Assembly (NCBI GenBank): GCA_013151865.1
Contig: JAADHN010000141.1
Location: 7,812 to 71,811, forward strand
DNA length: 64,000 nt
Direction: 5' to 3'
Source: Kiritimatiellota bacterium
GTDB taxonomy: Bacteria; Verrucomicrobiota; Lentisphaeria; Oligosphaerales; JAADHN01
Shown: positions 47,928 through 57,796 of the stretch, piece by piece
Position numbering within the stretch: position 1 is the stretch's first letter
Layout: every line of letters begins with the position of its first letter
The notes under the pieces: model-generated
What the model was told of the DNA's origin: nothing
Databases searched by the model: none
Seen by the model: only the letters and a program-made list of their open reading frames with translations
Program-made: the position numbers and the translations under genes

Positions 47928-49028
47928 ATGGTGAGATCAGTTTTGCATGACATTCTGGCGACCGGCGTCGAGGAAGGCGCCTCCGACTGGCATATCCGCG
48001 AGGGGCGTCCGGTCGGCCTCCGGATCGATCAGCGGCTCGTCGAGCTTGATTTCATCACCGACAGCGACTTTCTACAGCAAGCGGTGCGTCAGATCCTGAC
48101 GCCGAGCAAGGTTCAGGCCTACGAAGTGACCGGAGATGCGGATTTCGCCTTTGAAGAGGAGGACGTGGGCCGTTTTCGTGCGAACCTGCATCGACAGCGT
48201 GGAATGATGGCCTTGACGCTACGATTTGTGAAGGGCACGGTCCCGCCGCTGGCCGAGCTGGGTTTGCCCGAAATGATCCTGCGGGTCGCCGAGCGGCCTC
48301 GGGGCATCATCATCGTGACCGGAACGACCGGGTCCGGGAAATCCACCACGTTGGCCTGCATGATCGAGCACATGAATGCCACGTTGAATCGTCACATCGT
48401 CACCATCGAAGATCCGATCGAGTACTCTTTCGAGGACGACCAGTGCATCATTGAGCAGCGCGAGGTCGGCCTGGACACCGAGTCTTTCACCTCGGCCCTG
48501 GTCCACGTGCTGCGTCAGGATCCGGACGTAATCGTGATTGGAGAAATGCGGGATCGGATCACGTTCGAGACCGCTGTGACTGCGGCCGAGACGGGTCATC
48601 TCGTCATGACCACATTGCACACGCAGACAGCGGCCCAATCCCTGATTCGCCTTCTCGACCTCTATCCCGAGGAAGAACGGGAGGCTGTTCGCCGAACATT
48701 GGCAGTGAGTCTATGCGGGATCATCTGCCAGCGGCTCGTGCCCAAGGCCATCGGCAAGGGCGTGGTTCCGGCGGTCGAAATCATGATCAACACGCCGATC
48801 GTCTCGAAGTTGATTTCCGAGGACCGTCTCGGGAAACTCACTTCGGCCATCGAAGGGGGTGAGGAAGACGGAATGCTCTCCTTCAACCGGTGCCTGCTCG
48901 ATCTCATCAATCGGGGAGAGATCAGCGAGGAGGCCGCCCTGGCCGCTTCCAGCAATCCGCAGGCCCTGCAAATGAATCTGAAGGGGATCTTCCTCAGCAC
49001 GGATTCCGGCGGCATTATCGGCGACTGA
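47928..49028 (+). CDS. pilT: PilT/PilU-family type IV pilus ATPase
   Basis: ASDWH, GRFRAN, GTTGSGKSTT, TIEDPIEY, QREVGLD, LRQDPDVIVIGEMRD, AETGHLVMTTLH. Confidence 0.88.
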   Translation: MVRSVLHDILATGVEEGASDWHIREGRPVGLRIDQRLVELDFITDSDFLQQAVRQILTPSKVQAYEVTGDADFAFEEEDVGRFRANLHRQRGMMALTLRFVKGTVPPLAELGLPEMILRVAERPRGIIIVTGTTGSGKSTTLACMIEHMNATLNRHIVTIEDPIEYSFEDDQCIIEQREVGLDTESFTSALVHVLRQDPDVIVIGEMRDRITFETAVTAAETGHLVMTTLHTQTAAQSLIRLLDLYPEEEREAVRRTLAVSLCGIICQRLVPKAIGKGVVPAVEIMINTPIVSKLISEDRLGKLTSAIEGGEEDGMLSFNRCLLDLINRGEISEEAALAASSNPQALQMNLKGIFLSTDSGGIIGD

Positions 49029-49106
49029 GATTTCGGGCGAGCGCCGTTTTCGATCCGTTCCTCACCGCGGCCCCGCCGTCAGGTTCGGTGGGCTGCCGGC
49101 AATCCG

Positions 49107-49146
49107 AAAAAAGACGGGCGCGGAGGGCCGAAGCCGTCCGCGCCCG
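49107..49146 (-). terminator. Rho-independent terminator downstream of ppdK
   Basis: Hairpin cgggcgcggagggc-cgaa-gccgtccgcgcccg with an A6 run on the plus strand (U-tract on minus). Confidence 0.65.
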
Positions 49147-49190
49147 AATACTCGCCATTCCGCCCCGACCAAGCGGCGCGGCATTCCCGA

Positions 49191-51956
49191 TTATTCTCCG
49201 AGCTTCTCCTCGGCCACGGCCTGGGCCGCGGCAAGCCGTGCAATCGGCACTCTGTACGGAGAGCAGCTCACATAGTCCAACCCGATCCGGTGGCAGAACT
49301 TGACCGACTCGGGTTCGCCGCCGTGCTCACCGCAGATGCCGACTTTGAGGTTCGGGCAGGTCTTGCGCCCCAACTCGACCCCCATTTGGACCAGCTTGCC
49401 CACGCCTTCCTGATCGAGCACCTGGAACGGGTCTTTTTCGTAGATGCCCATTTTGACATACTCGCCCAGGAACTTCCCGGCGTCGTCCCGGCTGAAACCG
49501 CAGCCCATCTGGGTCAAGTCGTTCGTGCCGAAACTGAAGAACTCCGCGTACTCGGCGATCCGGTCGGCGGTGATTGCGGCCCGAGGGATCTCGATCATGG
49601 TCCCGATTTTGTACGGGATCTCATCCTTGTCCACGCTCTGCTCCTCGAACACCTTTTGAATGACCTGTTCGGCGCGTTCCCGCGAGATCTTCAGTTCCTC
49701 GGCCTTGCCCACCAGCGGGATCATGATTTCGGGTTCCACGTCGACGCCGCTTCGCTTGACATTGACGGCGGCCTCGATGATGGCCCGAACCTGCATGTCG
49801 GAAACTTCCGGATAGGTGAGACCGAGACGGCACCCCCGGTGTCCGAGCATGGGATTGAATTCGTGCAGCGCCTCGACAGTCGCCCTGATCGTTTCCACCG
49901 GCACTTCCATGGTCTCGGCCATTTCCTGCTGCCCCGCCTCGTCATGCGGCAAGAATTCGTGCAGGGGCGGGTCCAGGAGGCGGATAGTGCAGGGGCGCCC
50001 GTCGAGCGCGCGGAAAATGCCCTCGAAATCCTGACGCTGCAGCGGCAGGAGTTCGGAAAGGGCTTGGTTGTACTGGGTGAGGACGTCCTGGTTCTGTTCC
50101 CGGATCGCCGCGGCTTCCTTTTCGTCCTCGACGGCGGCGATCCGGTTCTTGACCTCCTTGACTTTTTCGGCCACCAGAATCAAGCGGCGGAAGCTGACGA
50201 TGCGGTCGCCTTCGAAGAACATGTGTTCAGTACGAGTCAGGCCGATGCCCTCGGCCCCGAATCCGACGGCGACTTCGGTATCCTGGGGTGTATCGCTGTT
50301 TGTTCGCACTCCCAGTCGCCGGTACTTGTCCGCCAGTTCCATGAGCTTTCCGAACGGTCCGGTCAGTTTCGCATCGACCGTAGGCAGTTTGCCCAGGTAC
50401 ACCGCGCCGGTGGAGCCGTTCAGGCTGATCCAGTCCCCCTTCTTGACCACGACGTCACCGGCGCGGAATTCGCCTTTGCCGTAGTCCATCGCGATGCCGC
50501 CCGCACCAGCCACGCAGCACTTGCCCCAGCCGCGGGCCACCACGGCTGCATGCGAGGTCATGCCGCCGCGCGCTGTCAGGATGCCTTCGGCCGCGTGCAT
50601 GCCGCCCACATCTTCCGGGCTGGTCTCGATACGACAAAGGATAACGGGTTCCCCGCGGGCGTTCCATTCTTCGGCTTCCTCGGCCGTGAACACCACTTGA
50701 CCGGAGGCCGCTCCGGGACTGGCCGGCAATCCTTGGGCGATCACGTCCACGGTTTTTTCCGCCTCCGGGTCGAACCTGGGGTGAAGGAGCTGATCGAGGT
50801 CGTTCGGGGGCACGCGGAGCAAGGCTTCCGGCTCGGTAATCAGTCCTTCGGCCAGCATATCCACGGCGATTCGGACGGCGGCCTGGCCGGTGCGTTTCCC
50901 TGTCCGCGTTTGGAGCATGAACAGTTTTTTCTGCTCGATGGTGAACTCGATGTCCTGCATGTCCCGGTAGTGTTCCTCAAGCCGTTTACGAATTCCGAGG
51001 AGTTCCTCGTAGGCTTCCGGGAGCAGATCGTTGAGCCGCTCGATCGGTTCCGGGGTCCGAATACCGGCGACCACGTCTTCGCCCTGGGCGTTCATCAGGA
51101 ATTCGCCGAAGAACCTGTTCTCGCCCGTACCCGGGTGCCGCGTGAACGCCACTCCGGTCCCGCAGTCGGCGCCCATATTGCCGAAGACCATGGTCTGGAC
51201 GTTTACGGCCGTCCCGATCAGGTTGCGGATTTCATTGATCTCCCGGTATCGAACGGCACGCGGGTTGTTCCATGAACCGAACACCGCGGCGATCCCGCGC
51301 CAGAGCTGGTCTTTCGGATCCTGCGGGAAGTCGTGCCCGGTGTATTCTTTGTAAGTTGCCTTGCACGCTTCCACCACTTCGGCCATTTCCTCGGCCGTGA
51401 GGTCCGTATCGAGTCCGCGACCGTACTTCTCCTTGACTTCGTCCATGGCCCGGTGCAGCGGGTTGTACTCGTGTCCGGATTCGTCTTCGGCCCGGATGCC
51501 CATAACCACGTCGCCGAACATCTGGATAAACCGCCGGTAGGCGTCTAAAGCAAACCTGCGGTTGCCGGTCAATCCCGCCAGCGCTTCGAGCGTCTCGTCA
51601 TTCAAGCCCAAGTTCAGGACCGTGTCCATCATTCCCGGCATCGACACCGCCGCTCCGGAGCGCACCGAGACCAGCAGGGGGTTCGGCCCCTTTCCGAACG
51701 TTTTCCCCGTCAGCTCCTCAAGGCGCGTCAAGTTCGTTTCGACTTCCGGGCGAAGGAGTTCAAACAGCTTTTCCTCGCTCAGATCGTAATACGCTTTGCA
51801 CGCCTCCGTCGAGATCGTAAAACCGGGAGGGACCGGTATGCCGATGGACGCCATCTCGGCCAGGTTTGCGCCTTTGCCGCCCAGCAGCGGCTTCATCGAA
51901 GTGTTGCCTTCCGCAGAACCGCCGCCAAAGAAATACACGAATTTTGTGCCTGCCAT
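49191..51956 (-). CDS. ppdK: Pyruvate, phosphate dikinase
   Basis: LLGGKGANLAEM, LLVSVRSGAAVSMPGMMDTVLNLG, GGMTSHAAVVARG, EFNPMLGHRGCR, FSFGTNDLTQ, GICGEHGG. Confidence 0.97.
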   Translation of the reverse strand: MAGTKFVYFFGGGSAEGNTSMKPLLGGKGANLAEMASIGIPVPPGFTISTEACKAYYDLSEEKLFELLRPEVETNLTRLEELTGKTFGKGPNPLLVSVRSGAAVSMPGMMDTVLNLGLNDETLEALAGLTGNRRFALDAYRRFIQMFGDVVMGIRAEDESGHEYNPLHRAMDEVKEKYGRGLDTDLTAEEMAEVVEACKATYKEYTGHDFPQDPKDQLWRGIAAVFGSWNNPRAVRYREINEIRNLIGTAVNVQTMVFGNMGADCGTGVAFTRHPGTGENRFFGEFLMNAQGEDVVAGIRTPEPIERLNDLLPEAYEELLGIRKRLEEHYRDMQDIEFTIEQKKLFMLQTRTGKRTGQAAVRIAVDMLAEGLITEPEALLRVPPNDLDQLLHPRFDPEAEKTVDVIAQGLPASPGAASGQVVFTAEEAEEWNARGEPVILCRIETSPEDVGGMHAAEGILTARGGMTSHAAVVARGWGKCCVAGAGGIAMDYGKGEFRAGDVVVKKGDWISLNGSTGAVYLGKLPTVDAKLTGPFGKLMELADKYRRLGVRTNSDTPQDTEVAVGFGAEGIGLTRTEHMFFEGDRIVSFRRLILVAEKVKEVKNRIAAVEDEKEAAAIREQNQDVLTQYNQALSELLPLQRQDFEGIFRALDGRPCTIRLLDPPLHEFLPHDEAGQQEMAETMEVPVETIRATVEALHEFNPMLGHRGCRLGLTYPEVSDMQVRAIIEAAVNVKRSGVDVEPEIMIPLVGKAEELKISRERAEQVIQKVFEEQSVDKDEIPYKIGTMIEIPRAAITADRIAEYAEFFSFGTNDLTQMGCGFSRDDAGKFLGEYVKMGIYEKDPFQVLDQEGVGKLVQMGVELGRKTCPNLKVGICGEHGGEPESVKFCHRIGLDYVSCSPYRVPIARLAAAQAVAEEKLGE

Positions 51957-52253
51957 TTTTGTTTTCCTTGTGTTGATTCGGCCGAAGGGATACCCCAAAA
52001 AAGCGTGATCGGCCGTTTTCGCGCGATGATCGACGGCGGGTGTTCGGACGCACGGCCCCGCTTCGACCTTTCTCGACCCCGATGTCGCCACGGACCGTCT
52101 CGGATTTGCCCGGACGATACCATGGAGGCTCGGAATTCGGCTGCGTCACCGACGATTCCGAAACAATCGGCAACCGTGCCGTTCCGGGAGAGGACGGTGC
52201 TCGGTTGAGCGGGGTCCGCGAGGCATCGCGACACCGGTTGCACCGGCGGTTAA

Positions 52254-52428
52254 CCTGAACTATTTACGTGCCACCCGCACCGCGCCCTGCACGACGTGCG
52301 GCGGCGAAGCGCATGGCCGCTCTTCCGGCGCAAGCGCCGGGAAACGAGTTTTGTCGCAGCATCGTCCGCAACCGTTTTCCGTCCAGTGTGAATCGACACA
52401 ATACTGTCGACTTCATGAACAGTTCAGG
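52254..52428. mobile_element. MITE with IS1380-like terminal inverted repeats, copy 2 (inverted relative to copy 1)
   Basis: TIRs cctgaactatttacg / catgaacagttcagg; flanks ttaa and ttag (possible 4-bp target duplication). Confidence 0.75.
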
Positions 52429-52527
52429 TTAGTGTCGGCGAACCTTTTCCCGAACCTGAGCTTTGCGCCGCTCGACATATCGCTTGCGTCGCCGCCGTTT
52501 TTCCCGCTTGTTGTACTGCTTGCCCAA
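52429..52527 (-). CDS. 32-aa extremely basic small protein
   Basis: AGGAGAG RBS, TTG start; MGKQYNKREKRRRRKRYVERRKAQVREKVRRH*; below the ORF-track size cut-off. Confidence 0.7.
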   Translation of the reverse strand: MGKQYNKREKRRRRKRYVERRKAQVREKVRRH

Positions 52528-53088
52528 TATTGCTCTCCTGCTTGACACCGTGTGCCTCGAAAGCGTCCGAACGGTCTTGCCGGGGTTGTGTGCCCGGCCT
52601 GTGTCACAGCCGCTTTCGGGACAATCGGCAACGACTCAATGAAAGACCAAGACCCCGCCGTGCGCGGCCGGGGCCTGAAACGCGAACACTGCCGGAATAT
52701 AACCGCTGGCGCGAGGTTGTCGAGGGCAGGGTCGGCGATTGCACGAGCTGAACCGGGACCGGAGGGCCGTTCCTTGCATTGGGGCGTGTTCGGGATATGG
52801 TCTGCCGCTTTCCATGTGCCTGTCCGGTCTTTGACGGGCTGCTTCCGTTGTTGCGCGCGGTCCGTCCGCCGTCCGATTCCCTCGGTCGGCGCCGACCACC
52901 CGAGTATATTTGTGACACCGTAGATGCAAGGCGGTTCCGTGTGTTCTTCTTGCGAGTGAGATGGAGTGAGGAAGCTCTCTCTTGGGGCTGGTTGAACGCC
53001 GGGTCGCTGGCAACAATCGGCAGGGCAGCACGCAACATGCTGCCCCCGCAAGATCGAACGCCCGGACAATTCCGGGACGCTCCGCATC

Positions 53089-54099
53089 ATGCAATCTGTC
53101 GACCCACATGAAAAGGCCTCCACCGTTCCCGGTCCGGCCCGACCGCGATCATGGCGTCGGCGCGTCCGTTTTGCCGCGCTCTGTCTGCTCGGTGCGGTTC
53201 TGGCGCTGATGCTCGCGATTCAAGCGGTGAAGTGGCACATGGATCGCCACTTCTACGACGACTACGACCCCGACCTGCCGTGCGAACTTCGCATCCGCGC
53301 CCGGGAAACGCGGCCTGCCTATCGTCGGATCGACTTCACGTTTGTCGGTGTAAAGAACACCTCCGTTCCGGCGCTTTTGGCCCTGCCGCGCCTTGAGCGG
53401 CCGCCGCCTTATCCGTGCATCGTTTTCCTGCATGGGATCGGCCAGAAAAAGGAATTCCTCGACGTGATCGCGTCCCGGTTCACCGAGCGGGGGTTCGCCA
53501 TGACCTGTTTCGACCAGTACACCCGCGGCGAGCGTCGGTTGCCCCGAGACACACCGTACGCCGAGCAGGCTCGGGCGTTCCGGCGGCGGGCCGCCCTGAC
53601 CGTGATCGAAACCCGCCGTCTGGTGGATAGTCTTCGGGACAGGGACGACATCGACCCGCGGCGTTTCTATCTGGTTGGGGCGAGCTATGGCGCCATTACG
53701 GGCGCAGTGGCCGCCGCGTTCGACTCGCGGTTTCGCGCCGTGGTCCTGTGTTACGGCGGCGGCAGTTTTCGGAAGCTCTTGCCGAGTCGGGAGGCCAGAA
53801 GAGTCCTCGGCGCGGCGGCCGTTCCCGTGGCCTGGCTCGGGGCGTGGTGGTTGGCCCCGGCCGACCCCGTACGCTACGTGGGGCGGATTGCGCCCCGGCC
53901 GATCCTGTTCCAGAACGGCAGGCACGATGGGTTGATTCCGACGGAAGCCGCTCGGGCGCTGTACGATGCGGCTCGTCTCCCCAAATCAATCACCTGGTAC
54001 GATTCGGACCATGTCGGACTCGACCGCGAACACACGGTGCGTGTTCTTCAGGAAGTGGCTCGATGGCTTCTCGAGCAGGACGCACCCTTCAGGCAATGA
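53089..54099 (+). CDS. Membrane-anchored alpha/beta hydrolase (esterase)
   Basis: N-terminal TM; FLHGIG, GASYG nucleophile elbow, GRHDGLIP, DSDH. Confidence 0.85.
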   Translation: MQSVDPHEKASTVPGPARPRSWRRRVRFAALCLLGAVLALMLAIQAVKWHMDRHFYDDYDPDLPCELRIRARETRPAYRRIDFTFVGVKNTSVPALLALPRLERPPPYPCIVFLHGIGQKKEFLDVIASRFTERGFAMTCFDQYTRGERRLPRDTPYAEQARAFRRRAALTVIETRRLVDSLRDRDDIDPRRFYLVGASYGAITGAVAAAFDSRFRAVVLCYGGGSFRKLLPSREARRVLGAAAVPVAWLGAWWLAPADPVRYVGRIAPRPILFQNGRHDGLIPTEAARALYDAARLPKSITWYDSDHVGLDREHTVRVLQEVARWLLEQDAPFRQ

Positions 54100-54129
54100 A
54101 GCCGGAGAGAAGTTTCGCGGTCCGGTCGG

Positions 54130-54942
54130 TCACATCTGTTCGAGGACCTGATCGAGGGCGCCCGTGACTACCGGACCATGCAACGGCGAATCGTGGTTTC
54201 CGCCCGGTATCTCCAGGTAGGCGAATCGTGAAGTGCGCGCCAGCCGTTCGGCCAGGCGCCGGGACTGCTCCACCGGGATGGTTCGATCTCCAGAGCCGTG
54301 GACAACCACCAAGGGCATCTGCAATCGTGGAGCGTTGGCGAGGGCCGAATGGGCCCGGTAAACCTGCGGATTCGCCGCCGGTGTCCCGCGGTACGCCGTC
54401 TCGATGGCGTCGGCGATTTCGCCCAAGACCGGGGTCTTCGCCTGGTTCGAGCGACACCATCGGTGGTACGAACTCAGGTCCGCAGCGGGACACAGGGCCA
54501 CCACTCCATGGGTAAGTCCCGGGTGCAGGCCGGCGAAGATGAGGCTGCCCGTCCCGCCCATCGATCCGGAAAAGAACAGAAAACGCCGGGCCTCGAACCC
54601 TGTGCGGGCGTATTCGAGCAGATGTCTGAGGTCATGCGCCGCCCGCGGCCCCATCCATGCATTGTCACGCAGATTCGGCGCCAGTATTCCCAGACCGCGG
54701 CCCCGAAAGGCCGGCACCCAATCTGCGCGAAGGTCGATCCGCGTGAAGAGCTGGTCCCCGTGCGAGCCATGACCGTGCAAACATACGATCCACGTGTCCC
54801 CCCGTCCAGGGAGGGCGAGCGACCAGTCGACGCGCCCATCGAGGCGACTCCGGTACTCGAGGCGCACCGTGCCGGAGACCGCCCAAGGCGCATGTTCGCA
54901 CTGCCGCGCCAGGATCTCGATTCCCTTTTCCGTTCCGGGCAT
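54130..54942 (-). CDS. Alpha/beta hydrolase (S9/esterase-like)
   Basis: LHGHGS, SGSMGG, HGSGDRTIP, GGNH. Confidence 0.8.
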   Translation of the reverse strand: MPGTEKGIEILARQCEHAPWAVSGTVRLEYRSRLDGRVDWSLALPGRGDTWIVCLHGHGSHGDQLFTRIDLRADWVPAFRGRGLGILAPNLRDNAWMGPRAAHDLRHLLEYARTGFEARRFLFFSGSMGGTGSLIFAGLHPGLTHGVVALCPAADLSSYHRWCRSNQAKTPVLGEIADAIETAYRGTPAANPQVYRAHSALANAPRLQMPLVVVHGSGDRTIPVEQSRRLAERLARTSRFAYLEIPGGNHDSPLHGPVVTGALDQVLEQM

Positions 54943-55039
54943 GAATTGCGTTCCCTGTCTCCCGAGTTGCCTGGATTGCGGCGGCGGAATGGAGGTCCGG
55001 CCTTTTTCCCGTGCGCCTCCGCAACCGGGCCCGGCAGAG

Positions 55040-55927
55040 TCAGTGCGCGTCGGCAAAGCAGTCGCGGAAGAAAGCCACCACTTGGGGCAGGGCTTTTCGC
55101 ACGCAGGCGAACGTGTGCCCCTGCCCGGGGAGCACCCGGTAGGTGTGGGGAATCCGCAGCGCGTCGAGCCGGCGATGAAAGTTGCGGTTCATCCGGAGAT
55201 CGAAGGCTCGGTCGCCGGTGACCAGGAGGATACGCATTCCGCGCAGGCGCTCGGCCCCAAGGATCGGATTGAATTGCCGCGGCTGCGCCCCCAGGACAGG
55301 GGGTACGGCATGGTTCCATCTCTCCGGAAGGTCGGGGTTGGGCCAGTCCAACAGACCGATCATGGACGCCACGCCGCGGAATTGTTGACGGTGGCGCTCG
55401 GCATAGCGCATGCAGCCGAACCCCCCCATGGACCAGCCTGCCAGACCCCGCAGAGCGGGTTTGCCGCCGACCGGGAAGCGCTGCTCGGCGTCCGAAAGGG
55501 TCCGTGCCACCAGGGTCTCGTAGCGACTCGATGCCGAGATGGGGCTGTCTGCCCACCACCCCATCCGGCCCTCCGGCATCAGCGTGGCAAAAGGGGCTGC
55601 GCTCAGGATCTTGCGGGTCTGTGCGTCGTCGAAGAGCGTTCGGCTGTTCCGTCCGGCTCCGTGGAGCAGGACGACCACCGGGCGGCGAGTCTTGCCGGGG
55701 GCGTTGGGCAGGAACAGGGTGTACCGTGCGTCCGCCTCCTCTGGGGCGTCGGGCAAGCGGCATTCCCACACGCGCTCCCCGATCTGTCGCATTCCCGCAT
55801 CCTCCCGGGGTTGCGCCGCGGGCGCCGGCAGCACCGCAGCGGCAATGAGGCCGGCGACAATCCCGCGGCGTGTTCGATCCGGGCGAGCGTCCGAAACGGA
55901 TCGGTCGTCGTCGCCGGACCGTCTCAT
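55040..55927 (-). CDS. Exported putative esterase (alpha/beta fold)
   Basis: TRRGIVAGLIAAA signal (possibly Tat); VVLLHGAG, GWSMGG, GDRAFD, GQGH. Confidence 0.8.
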   Translation of the reverse strand: MRRSGDDDRSVSDARPDRTRRGIVAGLIAAAVLPAPAAQPREDAGMRQIGERVWECRLPDAPEEADARYTLFLPNAPGKTRRPVVVLLHGAGRNSRTLFDDAQTRKILSAAPFATLMPEGRMGWWADSPISASSRYETLVARTLSDAEQRFPVGGKPALRGLAGWSMGGFGCMRYAERHRQQFRGVASMIGLLDWPNPDLPERWNHAVPPVLGAQPRQFNPILGAERLRGMRILLVTGDRAFDLRMNRNFHRRLDALRIPHTYRVLPGQGHTFACVRKALPQVVAFFRDCFADAH

Positions 55928-55959
55928 GAGCGGCCTCGTTTCCGTCTGTTTGGAGGATT

Positions 55960-57336
55960 TCACCGGCAAGAACATTCGGAGGAGAGCAGGCGCGGCTCGG
56001 CGTCGTCGATCCAGCCGGCCGGGCGTTGTCCGCGTCCTTGACGTCCCAGGTCGCCCAGCTCGGCGCGGGCGCGTTCCGCCATTTCCATCAGCCGCGCCGC
56101 CACGTCGGGGTGGGTCTCCGCCACGTCGGTCGTTTCGCTGATGTCGGCGCGCAGGTCGAAGAGCCGGGCCTCGGACGGTGCCGTGTCGCCGCGCAGGTTT
56201 ACGAGTTTGTTCTCCAGCGGCAGGTACAGCTTCCACTTGCCGGCTCGGACGGCCTGCAACTGGGACATGAAATAGTAAAAGAACCCCGTCCGGTCGTACG
56301 CCGACACGGCGTTTTCTTCGCCGAAAAGCAGGCCCCGAATATCGTGGCCGTCGATGGCGCGGTCCTGGGGCAGGGGGGCGCCTGCCAAGGCGGCGAAAGT
56401 GGGCAGGCAGTCCATGGTGCTGCAGACCTCGTCGTTGACGGCGCCCGCCGGGATGTGCCCCGGCCAGCGTACGATGCACGGCATACGCATGCCGCCCTCC
56501 GAGGTGTCGTACCCCCAGCCTTTGAGTGGCGCGTTGCTGCCTTGGATCGGATCGCGACGCACAGCTCCGTTGTCCGAGGTGTTGACCACAATGGTGTCTT
56601 CGTCCAGTCCCAGGCGTTGGAGGGCCTCGAGGATCTGGCCGGTGGACCAGTCCAGTTCCTCGATGCTGTCGCCATAGGGGCCGTTGGCGGAGCGCCCCTG
56701 GAACGCCGGGCTGGCAAAAGGGCGGGCCGTGCTTCCGGGCATGGCGTGCGGGAGATAAATAAAAAACGGCTCGTCGCGGTGTTCCGTCATGAACCGAACG
56801 GTCTCTTCGGTATAGCGTTTGGTCAGGTAGTCGCGATCCACGGGGGCTTCGATGACCGTTTCGTTGCGCATCAACGGCAAGGGTGGGTATTGCGGACGGC
56901 TGGGGTGTTGGGTCATGTCGTCGCTGTAGGGAATGCCGAAGAAATAGTCGAAGCCGTGGCGTGTGGGCAGAAACGGGGGTTGATCGCCCAAGTGCCACTT
57001 CCCGATGCATGCAGTGGCGTACTCGGCGTCTTTCAGCAGTTTGGCCACGGTGATTTCGGCGGGGTTCAATCCCTTATGATCCACGGCCCGCAACACCGGC
57101 GTGCCGGCGCCGCTGACGTGCATGCTCACCCGACGCGGATACCCGCCGGTCATCAGACTGGCCCGGGAGGGGGTGCAAACGCCGCTGGTGCTGTAGAAAC
57201 TGGTGAAACGCATGCCTTCGGCGGCCATCCGGTCGGTGTGGGGTGTCTTGTGGACCGTGGACCCGAAACAGCCCCAGTCGCCATATCCAAGGTTGTCCGC
57301 GAAAATCACGATGATGTTCGGCTTTGTTCGTGCCAT
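55960..57336 (-). CDS. Arylsulfatase-family (S1) sulfatase
   Basis: PNIIVIFADNLGYGD, CTPSRASLMTG, GKWHLG, TSDNG, EGGMRMP. Confidence 0.92.
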   Translation of the reverse strand: MARTKPNIIVIFADNLGYGDWGCFGSTVHKTPHTDRMAAEGMRFTSFYSTSGVCTPSRASLMTGGYPRRVSMHVSGAGTPVLRAVDHKGLNPAEITVAKLLKDAEYATACIGKWHLGDQPPFLPTRHGFDYFFGIPYSDDMTQHPSRPQYPPLPLMRNETVIEAPVDRDYLTKRYTEETVRFMTEHRDEPFFIYLPHAMPGSTARPFASPAFQGRSANGPYGDSIEELDWSTGQILEALQRLGLDEDTIVVNTSDNGAVRRDPIQGSNAPLKGWGYDTSEGGMRMPCIVRWPGHIPAGAVNDEVCSTMDCLPTFAALAGAPLPQDRAIDGHDIRGLLFGEENAVSAYDRTGFFYYFMSQLQAVRAGKWKLYLPLENKLVNLRGDTAPSEARLFDLRADISETTDVAETHPDVAARLMEMAERARAELGDLGRQGRGQRPAGWIDDAEPRLLSSECSCR

Positions 57337-57796
57337 AACGGGTTTCCTTTTGGAAAGAAGGGGCTGTTGGGGAGACCGGCCGGAGCCTTAATCCGGCGCG
57401 TGTGCGGCCGCGACCCGCGGGGCGTTCACCGGAAAAAAGAAAGATACCGTCCAGCGGGTGGAGATGCAAAACGTGTGGGACAAGGTGATGGTCGAGAGAG
57501 GGCGCGTTCGCTTCACGGGCGGCATGGAACACGGCAAGTTCAGGCCCGTTGCGGAGGTCCCGACGGCTGCGGGCCCCGGCGCGCGCCGAACTCTGACTTC
57601 CCCCTGAGACCGCCGGTCTCACCGGCGGCATCGTGGGGTGGTTGGACAGCATTCGCGAGCGAACACCGGTCGAGAACATTCGCACCGATTTCGGCGCCGC
57701 ACACAACCGGGGGACGGGGGCGCGTGGCCTGATGAATTTGCGGGCGAGCCGTTGCGGGCCGCTGCAACCTGCGTGTCCGGTCCGGTCCGCAAAAGC

